Source: Psilocybe cubensis (taxonomy: Eukaryota). From it: 64,000 nucleotides of DNA. Made by a program: the position numbers and the translations under genes. Below, piece after piece: positions 1 to 12,467 of the stretch (position 1 is the first letter of the stretch; each line of letters starts with the position of its first letter). Location of the stretch: assembly GCA_017499595.2 (NCBI GenBank), contig CM039008.1, positions 2,170,001 through 2,234,000 on the forward strand, given 5' to 3'. The notes beneath the pieces were generated by a model. It had not been told where the DNA came from. It searched no databases and was given only the letters and a program-made list of their open reading frames with translations.

Positions 1-3000
1 GCCGTACAGACCATGATACGGAGATTGCTCTATCATATCCAAACAATGGGAGAAGTCGGACTGACCAGGGCACAGGGGCATTTGAAAGGAGAAATTGCTG
101 TTCCTGGTGGGAAGCTGCCATTTAGCCGCCGTGTTCTGTCGCGCAAAGGAACTTATGAAAGCCAGCTATCTATGTATGTTGAATGGGTCACAAGTCGTGT
201 CAGGGTGTGGCGCATACCCAACAGAGTTCAATGGTACGTTATTTATTATCCTATCGTTTTCAAAACGAAGGCCTATGGCGTAAATGGCGGAGACAACACA
301 AGACTAAGCTACGTGTAATGCCTGCGAAAAGCAATAAAATCGCTTCCACGGAGTCATCATTACGTCGTTTCGTGGTAAAATGTAGTGCTGTACTTACGGT
401 AATCATAGTGTTTAATTCCTTAGATTCAAGGTTAATGAAGAGTGGAGATGTTATATTTATTGGCCATTACCGTCCACTCTCGGGATAAATAGACAAACAA
501 GTTGATTGGGTCAGTGAATTAAATTTCCGCTGGCAGAATCGTTCAACAGCGTTCGAACCTCTCATAGAATGGATGTTTAAATAGAGCTCCTTTCTTTCGA
601 GAACTATCCTAAAGAGATGAAGATTTATAACGACTTACGAGTTGCGACTTTCGACTTTCGGAGTTGCGGTCGTCGAGGTTCAATGCGGCGGGGGCCGGGG
701 GAGATAACAAGGGAGACGGATCAACAGACCAATAACCGTGTAAAATCTAAAAGCATTGAAGGAATTATTTGTAGAGTCAATAAAAGCATGGAGATACTTG
801 AAAATACGAAAAGCGACTTTAAATCCTTCCAGCTCTGTATAGATACCAGAAACAATGTCATATTTCAGGTCGTTTGGGTCTTTGGGTCAACTGTTCCCGC
901 GAGAGTAGTTTGTTTACTTTTCGTTGTGGATGGTTATCACGGTTTGATATCCAAAAACTTAAAAAAGATCTGGCCGTTCATCATTTACCTTCCAATTGTC
1001 TTTACGAACGTGTCCGAGATCAGTTGACCCTTGGCAAAGCTTGAATACCCGTTAGATCCATTTTGAATTTCTGTAGTTAAACAACTCCAACGCATTTTGA
1101 ATAACATTCGATCATGTCAACCTTTCAGCCTTGGTATCAATTACCGATGCAGAGTTGTGTTTTGATAGGTCGATTGGATATGCTCAAGGAATGCCAGGGT
1201 TCCGGTAAAACGCTTGGTCTGATAATTTTCAACCAAAGAAATATGCCTACCAATTTTTTACTCCGTGTCTGAGATTATCCAGGATTATACAGAGCTTTTG
1301 CTGGAAATTTTGAGTGTTACATGAGGTTTGAAATGATTGTCGATGGCGTCAAAATGGGCACTAATCGGTCAGAACTTTGGGGTATACTTTCCATCTGATT
1401 GTACGAGCTAACCACACACCTGCGTCAATCCAAGAACGCCAGTTTGGACCTGTTGGGACCCAAGCGCTCCAAGCCATTAAAATAGACTTTACATAGACGA
1501 AATAGAGCAAGTGATCTTGCATGTGAAATTTGAAGTGCATATGCGCAGTCGATAAGCGTATCACGCTATCATCACCGCTTTACTATGGTTGCATTGCCGA
1601 GCTCAACAGAACGTCGGCATCGAACGCCGCCCAACTCTGCTTACAGACTGGAGCGCTCAATCTATCGTTGCTGCCACGAAATCGTAGTATTTTGGGTAGG
1701 GTTCACGAGGACGAGAACTTAATTTGGGGTTAATTTTAGGAGGTTTGCGCCGGTTTTTCGTACTTGCTCCAAGGACTTTGTGATTCTTTCTGTATGTTGA
1801 ATAATGGCACATGCTTGTACTTACTTAGGGCTTGCCGCAAAGTCTAGAAGATCCCCGTGAGAGGTCTAAAGCACTGCCATTGATCAGATACTCAAAGATA
1901 AGGCGGATCATACCTTGAGCTGGTAGAGAGCGCTAATGTTGACGAGCAGCCAAGAAGATGCAGAGAGGTCCGCTACAAGCCTACAACGAGTTTGCAAGTG
2001 GGTCCAGGTTGTACACCGGTCTCACGCATCTTAAAGAGTGGGAGTTTTGCCTGCAGGAAGGGGCGTGCGGACTGGGAAGACGACGGTAAAGCCATTTGGG
2101 TATCACGGTGAAGCCATTCTCGCCAGCAGTGTATACTTACGCATCATGACCGATACGTGGGCCAATAATAAGTATGACAGACCGATTCAGATGTGGCGGG
2201 CTGTAATTATGGAAACGGGCAGTCGGAAGTCCGTTCTGGGTGATGGTAGTGGATAATCGCATACTCCGAGAACGAGGAGGCAGCGGTTAGAATGGATATT
2301 GAAGTGCATCAATGAACAGGGATGGTTCATTGTGAGTGGAAGAGGGTACAAGACAGTGTTATGTTGACAATAAATGAGACTTCGAATGCGACCGAAAACA
2401 TCGGGAAGGTTCGGTGGGAGAGCATGATTAAGATTCCTCGCTCAAGCAACTTGGAAAGAGAGAACCGAACGTATGGTGAGACCCATGGTATGACGACAAA
2501 AGCTATATCTCAAGGTGTGGGGAAGGTAAACCAAGAAATCCTAAGACGCACTTGGAAAGGTGTTTACTAAGGATTGGAAAGAGGTTGGATGCAATTTTCT
2601 ATGCGGCGCTTTTGTTGTCGGTAAGCGAACTAACACCTGTCGATCTTCCATCGCCATTTCACAGGTACCAGGATGCCTGGGGAGCAACTAGAGCAGGCCG
2701 ATGGAAGACTCACACGAGCAATGATGGTGGTCAACAGATAATAATAACTCGGAGATACATATCTGTAGAGTCAGTGGCTGTATAAGGACCCCTGAGACTA
2801 GGGTTGTGTTTACCGTTTCTATCCGAATTCGCCCACAACTTGTGAAAATAATAGCCCATCGTCATCCGGCATCTAAGATACACTGATTGTGTGAGGGAAG
2901 GTTGACGATCAGAAGGAGACAGATTGGTACTAATGCATGTTATAAGTAGTGGACTTTGTCAATTGGGAAGATGAAACCTTGATTGCGCGGTTAATGACTT

Positions 3001-4166
3001 CGTATATTTGAATCTCCATTCGAATATTGTTTATGGGTTTACCCGGCATTTGCGGCATTTATAAGTTAGTAATGACTGACTATGGTCAAACTTTTAAGCG
3101 GAGATTGTATCACTAGCATTCGATATGCCGAGACCGCGGCACACTGAGGAGACTATATTACATATTATAATACTGTTGATAAAACAGTTTAAAAAGAACT
3201 AATGCAACGAGCTTCATAATACCAGCTTTACAAGGGAGTGACGTTATTAAATAGACTGAATCCAGAAATATGTTGGTAGCTAGAGGCTCTCTCGATTGAC
3301 TTGAGTTCCAAACTTGACCATGCTGGTATTGAACGTGTTGCTTGATTCAAACCTTTCAGTAGTTCCACTGTGTGTCACAACACAGAACTTCAACGGCATC
3401 CAGTGCCGGAATCGGGAATTTGGGAGGCCAAACGGGATTGCATGATTAACGGAATACCCGGGGTCCCTCGATAACTACTGATGTCCAAGCCCCATATATG
3501 GCCGCCTCGTCAGGCACAGTTTTCAATTGCAAGGAGCTCACAAAGTCCGCGTAAGTTATTTGAAACTTGAGACCGATTTGAGCCACGGTAGCTCTCACGA
3601 GCAAGTAAATGAGCATATGAACAGTAGGCGCAGAGGATGTGAAGCCCAGCGTCGAGCTGAGGAGATCTGTGCTACACACATTGGGGTATTTCTGCAAGAA
3701 AGATATATTTCATCAGTGTTGATTGGCAGTTGGAGAAGAGATAACACGCCAAGCAGGATGAGATAGTGTTAAAGTTCACGTGACAGGTGACGGTGGTGCC
3801 TTGTCCAAGTCGGTCCATCTTTCCGTCCACTTCGAATGAAGTGAGGGGCAGTTCACAACTTTACAACTGTCTCCGTCCCTCTTCCTTTCTTTCTTCGCAC
3901 ACCCTCTATTCCCTGGCTCCGTCCTATATACCACCCCAAATTTTAATATCTATACCATCCTGGACGACCTCCCTTCCTTATCACACATCGCTAACCGGTA
4001 CGGCGCCCAGCTCGTCGTCAGGTTAGCTGCTTCGACTGACTATTTGCATTCAGTTTTATCCTGAAATTGTTTCCCATTTGCGCTGGAAGATTCAGTACAC
4101 ACCTATCCGCCGGCTCAAGGAAGTAGCAGCAGCAGTAGCAACGCGCTTGGTGGGAGGAGGGATGCC

Positions 4167-7100
4167 ATGAACGGGTTTGAAGTTAAGGATGATATACCCC
4201 CGTTGGACGAGTATGTGCTGAGGGATGCAGAGAAGTCAATCGGTGCGTCTAGTATATTGTTCCTTCGTGGTCTTGTCCACCGACGCCAGTACTAGATCAT
4301 CACGCCGATTCAGCGTCGTCGTATTCCGGACGCGGCAGTGGTATATTGAGCCTCTTTGACCCCAACTACGACAGCAACTCCGTCCTTGGTACGCGGCATG
4401 TCTGTCTACACGTTCAAAGTTGGCCATAACACATTCCCCCTTCCATCTTTCTGTAGAGGATGATTCCCCATACCCCGAGGTTCGCTCTGCCGTGGCGAAC
4501 TTTGATGACCCTGATATGCCTGCTTCCACCCTACGAGCTTGGGTGCTCGGTATTGCGTGGGCTATCCTGTTGCCAGGCATGAACCAATTTTTCTATTTTC
4601 GATACCCCTCAGTGGCGATTGGAGGTGTATGTGGCCACTCTCTGTGAGATATGATGCCGCTGATTTATTTCCCCGCATGCAATAAAGCTTGTCGCTCAAT
4701 TACTAGTGTTCCCTGTTGGCCGAGCGTGGGTCCGCATATGTCCTCAGTGGTCGCTTTTCGGGACAGAACTAAACCCGGGCCCATTCACGATTAAGGAGCA
4801 CGTGAGTTTCCTCTACAATTCAGTGTTGACACAGTGACGGCCGCGCGCGCAGTGCGGTGTCCCTGTTAGATGGTGTATCTTACGTTATTTTCCTACTAGG
4901 TGTTAGTCACAATAATGGCCAGCGTGGGCGCTCAAAGCGCCTATGCGACAGATATTGTTGCTGTCCAACGCGTCTCCTACGGACAGGCATGGAGTTTTGC
5001 ATGTAATGTTATTTTCTGTTGACAATGTCTGCACACCTAACGTATACCAGATAACTGGATGCTTGTGATGTCTACTCAACTGATCGGATTTTCAATGGGT
5101 GGTATCGCTCGACGTTTTCTCGTTTCACCTCCTTCCATGAGTTGGTGCTCTCCATCAAACTATCTGTCATGTTTCTGATGTTTCTTCATAGTTTGGCCGA
5201 ATACTTTGGTGTCATGTGCTCTTTTTAATACCCTACATTCCCAGACGTATGCTGGAATCGGACCTCGAGACGGACTTAGTAGGGAGCGTTTCTTCCTTTA
5301 TGCTTTCGTTGGGGCCATTATTTGGTGTCAGTACTTAAATCTTTCTATTACCCTAATCCTTACTAGTTTGCTTTCGAGTTGCGAACTAAATGAAATCTTT
5401 CCCTCAAACAGATATTATTCCCGGATACCTGTTCCAGGCTTTGAGGTGGGATTTTCTTTCGCCTATTCACATATAAAGGCACCGACTCACATTTTTCATT
5501 CTCCCATACAGTGTCTTCAGCTGGGTAAGCACTTCATATATGAGACCTAGGTTTGAGGACTGGAAATATTTTCCATAGGTTTGCTGGATTTGGCCAGAAA
5601 ACGTCGTAAGTACTTTCCTTTAGACTTTTCAGGATCACGAAGTGGCTCATCAAGGGACGCTAATCGTCATCAGAAAGTCAACCAAATATTTGGGTATGCT
5701 ACTTTAACTTTTGCTACCAGTGTATCTTCTAGGCTTTGCCGCTCACGAAGCACTTTAGATACAAGAGCGGATTGGGATTTTCTCTAATCACTTTGGATTG
5801 GAACCAGATCGCATTCATCGGCAGTCCGTAAGTGCTCGTCTGCTCTGTTTGAGTGGCCTTGTCGGATTGAATTGTGATGGTGTTCTCCTATAGACTTTCA
5901 ACACCATGTAAGTATCAATATTGTATTCATGGTGTTCTTCTAGGGATTGACCATCACGGTCCGAAGGGTGGGCAGAAGCGAATGTTATGATTGGCTTTTT
6001 CTTCTTTTACTGTAAGTTTCCTAGAAGTTGCATGTTTCTTTGTCTGAATGCTTGACGTTGTTAGGGTTCCTCACGCCACTACTATATGTGTGTCCAAGCG
6101 CTTGCAACACTCGAAAGATCCAACTCACCTAACTCCCATTTAGTATAAGAACGTTTGGCACAGTCAGTACATGCCGTATGTGTTGTTCTTCACCGCTGGA
6201 CGTAACTGGGTATGGATTGACATTGTTCACAGGATATCATCGTACAATGCATACGACAATACCGGCGCGATCTATAACATAACCCGGGTTGTCAATCCCG
6301 ACGCTACTCTTAATCGCGAGGGCTACTCACAATACAGCCCTCTTTATCTTCCGTGAGTCTTTTTCACATCGGCATAGTAAGACCTGTTGGCTTATCTTTC
6401 ACCAGTATCGCTTTCGCTATGTCTTATGGGTTGTCATTTTTGTCCATTACTGGTTCGTCAATCAGCTCATTTTCGTAATGAATTTATGACTTACCACAGC
6501 CATCATCCAGCCACTATCACACACGGTGAGGGATACCCTTCCAATGCCGTTCAGGATGAATACTGAAAAATCCTCGGCGGTCATCGTAATGTCTTTAGCT
6601 ATCATCCATTTCTACAAACCTATCCGATTACAATTTGGCCGTTCTATGCGGGAGCAGCCAGATATTCACGCCCGATTGATGTCCCAATACCCCCAAGGTA
6701 TTGTGTTTTTCCATTCCGTCACCGTCCTTCTGTTGATGGCACGCTCAAACGTCTGACTGAACTCGTTGACGATAGTTCCGGACTGGTACTACGCTTGTAT
6801 ATTTGGTTAGTCTCGGGCATTTCCGCTCCGATAAGTTTCGACGTGAATGCTGACCTTTGTGACTTGTTTCTGATGCAGTCATCACTTTTGTCTTTGCTTG
6901 CATTTGTATACAGCTATGGCCGTCAGGCATGACTATTTGGGCGCTTGTCGTTGCCTTACTTATTTGTAAGTTCATTTTTTGATTCTTTCGTTTACTCCGT
7001 ACTTATGAGAGTGTATAGCTGTTGTCTATGTCGTCCCGATTGGGATGATTCAGGCCGTTACTAACCGGCAGGTTGGGCTAAAGTCCGTTTTTTTCATTAA

Positions 7101-9061
7101 GCCCTGCGAACTATGTTATTGATCCAATGTATCATGTATAGTGTCATAACGGAGCTCATCGTCGGCTTTATGATCCCTGGTATGATATCATTTCAATTCT
7201 TGATACTGGCGCTTTGTTCTGATCCGATGTTTTGTCAGGGAAACCGAACGCGATGATGATGTACGAGCCTTGCTTTGAGATCAGGCTGATGTTTTTACTC
7301 AGGCATTGCGTGTTATAGATTTAAGGTGCGCTTTACTCCTATGTCATTTTTTTTACTTGGTGAAGGCTTATGCTGTTGCATTTGATTAGACCTATGGTTA
7401 TATCACAATGGCTCAAGCTATGCAATTCACTGCCGATTTCAAATTGGGACAGTAAGTCGCGCGTGTTTATCAAAATGCATCCATGATCACTGAAAATTTT
7501 GCCTCTTTCAGCTATATGAAGGTGATTTTGGTTGCTTTCTGATTCTGCCGAAGTGCCAATCTTGTAACTAGGTACCACCGCGACCCATGTTTTGGTGTCA
7601 GGTTCGTGTTCAGTTGTGTTTGTTTGTTGGGGAACTGATGGTTGACGTACGTTGTAGATCGTTGCGACTGTTATTGCTGGAACGGTTCAGTTGGGTGTCC
7701 AGTCGTGGTGGGTTTGATTTCTCAGCCGGTAGTAATGTGGTTTAGCTAATGCCCTGTGGCCTATTTCAGGATGTTCAGCAATATTGAGTACGTGAAATTA
7801 TTCTGATCCTTTCAGCGACTGACCTTTGATCGACGTTATTCAGAGATATTTGCACATCGACTCAGAAAAACAAGTATGTATTATCGTTTTTGACTTTTCC
7901 TTTGCTCTAACTTACTTTGTGTTGTCGTAGCTTTACTTGTGCTTCAACACAGGTCTTTAGCACGGCATCTGTCATCGTAAGCTTTGCATCCACATGATAC
8001 ACCTTGTGGGTTTCTGAGAAGATAACACAGTGGGGTTTGATTGGTCCTGGCCTGCAATTTACGAGAGGCCAAGTTTACTAGTACGTTTCTTATCATTTTG
8101 CTATAAGGGAAACACGATTACTGATACTTCCGATAGTGGTGCGTCTCGTGTCCTCTCAATTTCCTCGGACGTCTCTGTAATGGTCGAGAACAGGCTTAAG
8201 TTTCTTCTTTCTCATCGGCGCCGCGTGCCCCGTTGTGCTTTGGATGCTCACCCGACGATACCCCAATACCATTCTAAATTACCTTAAGTGAGCACTCACA
8301 AGACCCTCTTTGACCCTAAATTTCCCATCCTAATGCTTATTTTTATCCCACAGTTTCCCGTGAGTTATTTTTAAAGATGTGGACTTCCGTTTTTCTCCTG
8401 CAGACGGGCTCATGTGCTTTCATATAATGTGTTTTTCGGCCTTAAAGTCTTATTTTTTCGGGCGTGGGTCAGATTCCTCCAGCGACCGCAGTCAACTACG
8501 TGCCATGGGCCATAATTGGATTCATCTTCCAGTACGTCGTACGACGAAAACATTTTTCATACTGGGCCAAGTATAACTGTGAGTTCCAATGGATGTTCTG
8601 TGGGGTCTCCGAGGGCTATCACTCAACTTGCACTGGGTTCCTGGTAGATGTGCTATCGGCCGCATTGGATGCTGGCACGGCTGTCGGGTTGATTCTAGTG
8701 TTCTTTTGGTAAGACCTTTCTACTTTTGCTTGCTCTGCTATTTCTGCGGAGATTGATGTTGGCGTTTGCCTTTTAGCCTGCAATACCCCCTGGACGGCGA
8801 TGTCGGGCGAAATACCATTCAGCAATGGTACGCTACCTCGTTTTATTGTCGGCATTCGCAACAGTTACACTAACCATGTTAAACGTTGTACGCTAAGGTG
8901 GGGGAACACTGTGTACAAAAATACCCTGGACTGGGAAAATGTTGCATTTCGAAAGGTGGAGGACGGGGGAACTTTTGGGTGCGTATCCCCTTTCTATACT
9001 TTCTGTTTTAGGGTTAGCTGTATTAACATTTTATATGTAATTCAGACCCAAGAAGTGGTAG
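4167..9061 (+). CDS. OPT-family oligopeptide transporter (Isp4/Opt-like), about 40 introns
   Basis: Spliced peptide contains [19 protein letters not shown] (OPT SPYxEVRxxV motif), [19 protein letters not shown]...DFKLGHYMKVPPR, WGLIGP and [13 protein letters not shown]. It ends GPKKW* at 9061. The start ATG at 4167 is the best guess. Confidence 0.93.
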
Positions 9062-10007
9062 AAATGTGTATTTATCGTGTATAATTAGTTAGGTATCTAG
9101 ATATGGTGGTGAACAGGCGGCAACGGCGGGCGTCATTTGCAAAGGCAATTTAGGTCAAGGACAGATTTTCAGCTGGCTTGCGGTGACCGGTCTTTTTTGT
9201 GGTTGTCGTCGAATGATGAACGCTTTGGTTAAATTAAATGAATCCCCTTCGAAGAACTTTAGAAAAAATTGTACGGCTGTGAACTAACTGTCTACTATTT
9301 TGCTTCAGCTTTCAACCCTTTGATCCTAGGAGCTTTTTCACTGGGTTCTAGCATTTCGCAATATTTACTCTAGACATTCTTAGCGAGCTCCCTCCCGCTA
9401 TTCTCTCTACTATTGGTATCTGCTGTATAACTACTGCACACTACTCGCGCTATATGAAAGCGGGTATCTCTAGTCTAAACTAGAAACATTTCATTCTACT
9501 TAGCATTTGGCAATGGTAGAAACCATTCAAGAGGGCTATACAACTTTTCTCTGACTTTATATTACGATGAGAATGCTTATAAGGAAGTAGTTACCAGTCG
9601 CCTATATGTTGTTTTCAACTCTCTGGCCCCTGTTTGAACTGTGGACCATCGTGGACCTACATTGTATGGGTATTTGTCATGACTCTGTGAAACAAACAAT
9701 GGTGCACTGACTCGAATGGCCAGCCGATTGCCACCGACCCTTTGTACATATTCCCCACACTCACAGCACAATCATCCTTTATAAATTGTTTACTTGAGTC
9801 ATGTTTACTCGTTGAGTGGTAAGTGAGTCATTACCAACGTCTGCAAATACTTATAAACTACCCACAGAATCAGAACTGTAAACTCATTTCAAAACAACCT
9901 ACTACCTGACAATGATCACTCGAATATTCCACAACATCTACTATTCAAAGCAAAAACTATATCTATACACATAGGTCGTCGATATACACCACACACAATA
10001 CTCACAG

Positions 10008-11348
10008 ATGTTTGGAGAATCCGAGTCTGAGAGTCCTAGAGTGCCTAGCCCCTGGGATTCATTGATATCCGTTCCACCATCGCCTGTGCCCAGTCAAGGA
10101 CGCGCGCACACACCCAGCCCTCTTGCACTCGAGCTCATACCACGACTTGTACCGGAGTCTGACGATGGGAATGTGGAGTACAAATTGCAGCTTCTCAATC
10201 CATCTCCAGCCCGGTTCGCACGATTAGTTACTCAAATGAAGTGGAGGCTACTTGAGGGAGGCGGACAGGCTTACTACGAGCTCGGCGTAGCGGATTCTGG
10301 GGACTTGATTGGACTTCCTAGGGAGGAGCTCGAGCAGAGCTTAGAGACTTTGGAGATGATGGCAGGAGAGATTGGTGCTAGTGTGATTGTGGTGAAGGAA
10401 ATTGAAGTACCTGCGGCAATGGTCACCCTGGCGAGGCGTAATGGCGAATGGGCAGCATCTGGTGGGAAGAGAATAAATAAGCAAGACAGTGGAGGTTACT
10501 CTACCGTCACCACTGAGACCGAAACGGAGATGGAGTCATTGTCGGGAACGGATGTTGACATTGACGACATGTCTCTCACCGTTGTGCTGGATAAAGAACC
10601 CCCACAACAGACAGCCACTGTGCCAAATTCTTCCCCGGAGTCCGACTGCGATGACCCTGCTGACGCAGCAGACGATGAACGGGTTTCAGCTCCGAGGTTT
10701 TCCATTGATCTCGAGATATCTTCCGTCTTCAAGCCACGTCCAATACGGACTCGCGTACATAATCACCCGCACTATGCCCATTCAACTGGAGGCAAAGCGA
10801 GAAAGGTCAAAAAGTATAAGCACCTCAACATGCTTTCGTCTTCTCATGCGCACAACACCGATCAAACTGTCATCAATGAAGTTAAGTCTGATAAAGGTCT
10901 CAACCGTCGTCAGACTCGTGACAAGCGGCGTGAAGAAAAGAGGAAAGCATTAGAAGCCCGAGCGATGGGGACTGCGGCCAACGAGACTTCGGTACTCATC
11001 CCTGCTCTAGAGAATCTTCACGTCGGTATTGTCGAGGAGCCTGCACAAATACCTGGCGTTGAACCGTCCGCCACTCTTGAAATGTCCAGCGTAGATGACC
11101 TGGGAGACGATGACGATGTGTTTCCGTCCCCCAAAACGGCAGTGCCCTCCTTCCCGACTTTCTCTGCATCTTCGACTGGAGAATCTCATTTGGATGTTGA
11201 TGCATCTGCTATAGGAATGGTTGGTGCCCTTAGTGGTGGAGAAGACGGATCAAAAGATCAGCCTCGACTTATCGTCGAGGCCCTGGTAGTACGCAAAATG
11301 TCTCTTGGAGAAGCTTTCTTGGACTTCGGTGGTTTTTCGTTGACATAG
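10008..11348 (+). CDS. Intronless protein consisting of the GTPBP1/GTPBP2 N-terminal domain with a large disordered insertion; no G domain
   Basis: 446-aa ORF. PESDDGNVEYKLQLLNPSPARFARLVTQMKWRLLEGGGQAYYELGVADSG resembles the GTPBP2 N-terminus. The C-terminal IVEALVVRKM...FLD resembles the segment just before the G1 box. No GxxxxGKS is present. Confidence 0.8.
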   Translation: MFGESESESPRVPSPWDSLISVPPSPVPSQGRAHTPSPLALELIPRLVPESDDGNVEYKLQLLNPSPARFARLVTQMKWRLLEGGGQAYYELGVADSGDLIGLPREELEQSLETLEMMAGEIGASVIVVKEIEVPAAMVTLARRNGEWAASGGKRINKQDSGGYSTVTTETETEMESLSGTDVDIDDMSLTVVLDKEPPQQTATVPNSSPESDCDDPADAADDERVSAPRFSIDLEISSVFKPRPIRTRVHNHPHYAHSTGGKARKVKKYKHLNMLSSSHAHNTDQTVINEVKSDKGLNRRQTRDKRREEKRKALEARAMGTAANETSVLIPALENLHVGIVEEPAQIPGVEPSATLEMSSVDDLGDDDDVFPSPKTAVPSFPTFSASSTGESHLDVDASAIGMVGALSGGEDGSKDQPRLIVEALVVRKMSLGEAFLDFGGFSLT

Positions 11349-12467
11349 TCTCCCGGGCAGAAAGGCAGAACATATTTGCTTCAATGTTGTTGGTATTTTT
11401 AAACTTTTTTCGATCTGTGTAAATGACTCTTGTAACTGTTGATGTTGTAGCGACTAAACCCTTTCGAAGTCATTCACGAAAACCATCGTTGAACATTGTG
11501 AGAAATACCTTTCCGATGGATCCTACTACCGTGTCAATAGGCACATTTGCCTCGATCGATGTGGTGCGACAAACTTTGACTTTGGTGTAAAATTTGAAGC
11601 AGACTAGTTATTCGATATTAAGGCTCCAAAAGACATATGTGTAAACCCATTGAAGGGGTCAGCCTTTGAGTTTACAGAAATATCCCACTGGCTTTCATTG
11701 GAGTGGGCGCCGTTTTAGTTTTCCATCTATGTGCTCACCTTGCATTTCAAGCGTCTTCCTCTACGTTGTTGTGATCGGCATTAGAAAATGCAAATTTTTT
11801 TGTCTGCTGGACGGGATTTTATCACGATTTTACCTTCAGAAACCTGTCTATTGGCCATGGCATCGTCAAACGCTTATGTGACAGATGCCATAGAAGGGAG
11901 GATAATATGAGCCATGTTGTCGGGCGCCTCAAGTGCTAAATTAAACTTGTAGTATAGCAACCACAGAGCGGCGCTCTGCTTACTAGGTGGGGCACTGGCG
12001 AACAGAATTGGACATTACACACCGCATCTTCCGAGAACTCTCGTTGTTGTGAGCGTCTCATATATGGGATACAATTAGCCTAATTTAAACTTGTACGTGC
12101 TTTCTCTACAGGGCGATACTGCTTCGGGAATCGACATTGTCATCCCCTCATGATAGGCAAGGCTTGGTCGTAACTCGTGTTCGCAAGGCTCAATAGATCG
12201 ACCTCGATATTGAACCGAAAAAGACCAAAGTTATTTCTCCTGTCCAGATTTTTACCGTTCCAATTGATCCATCAACCGAGGACTTATGACTTGTCCATCG
12301 GCGCTCTATCGTGGTTTGTTGTTTTTAGGACTGAGTGGCTTACAGTTGCAGTTCGTAATTGGCCCTGCTCCTGTATATAAATTCAAGTAGTTTCAGACAA
12401 GTTCAAAACCATCAAAGTAGCGCTCTTCACTCCACATCGAATCATAGCGATACTTAACACCTCTCAA

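Noticed and set aside
1-3780. Short ORFs or a possible decayed gene
   Set aside because: No recognisable motif or consistent exon chain. A translated search would be needed.
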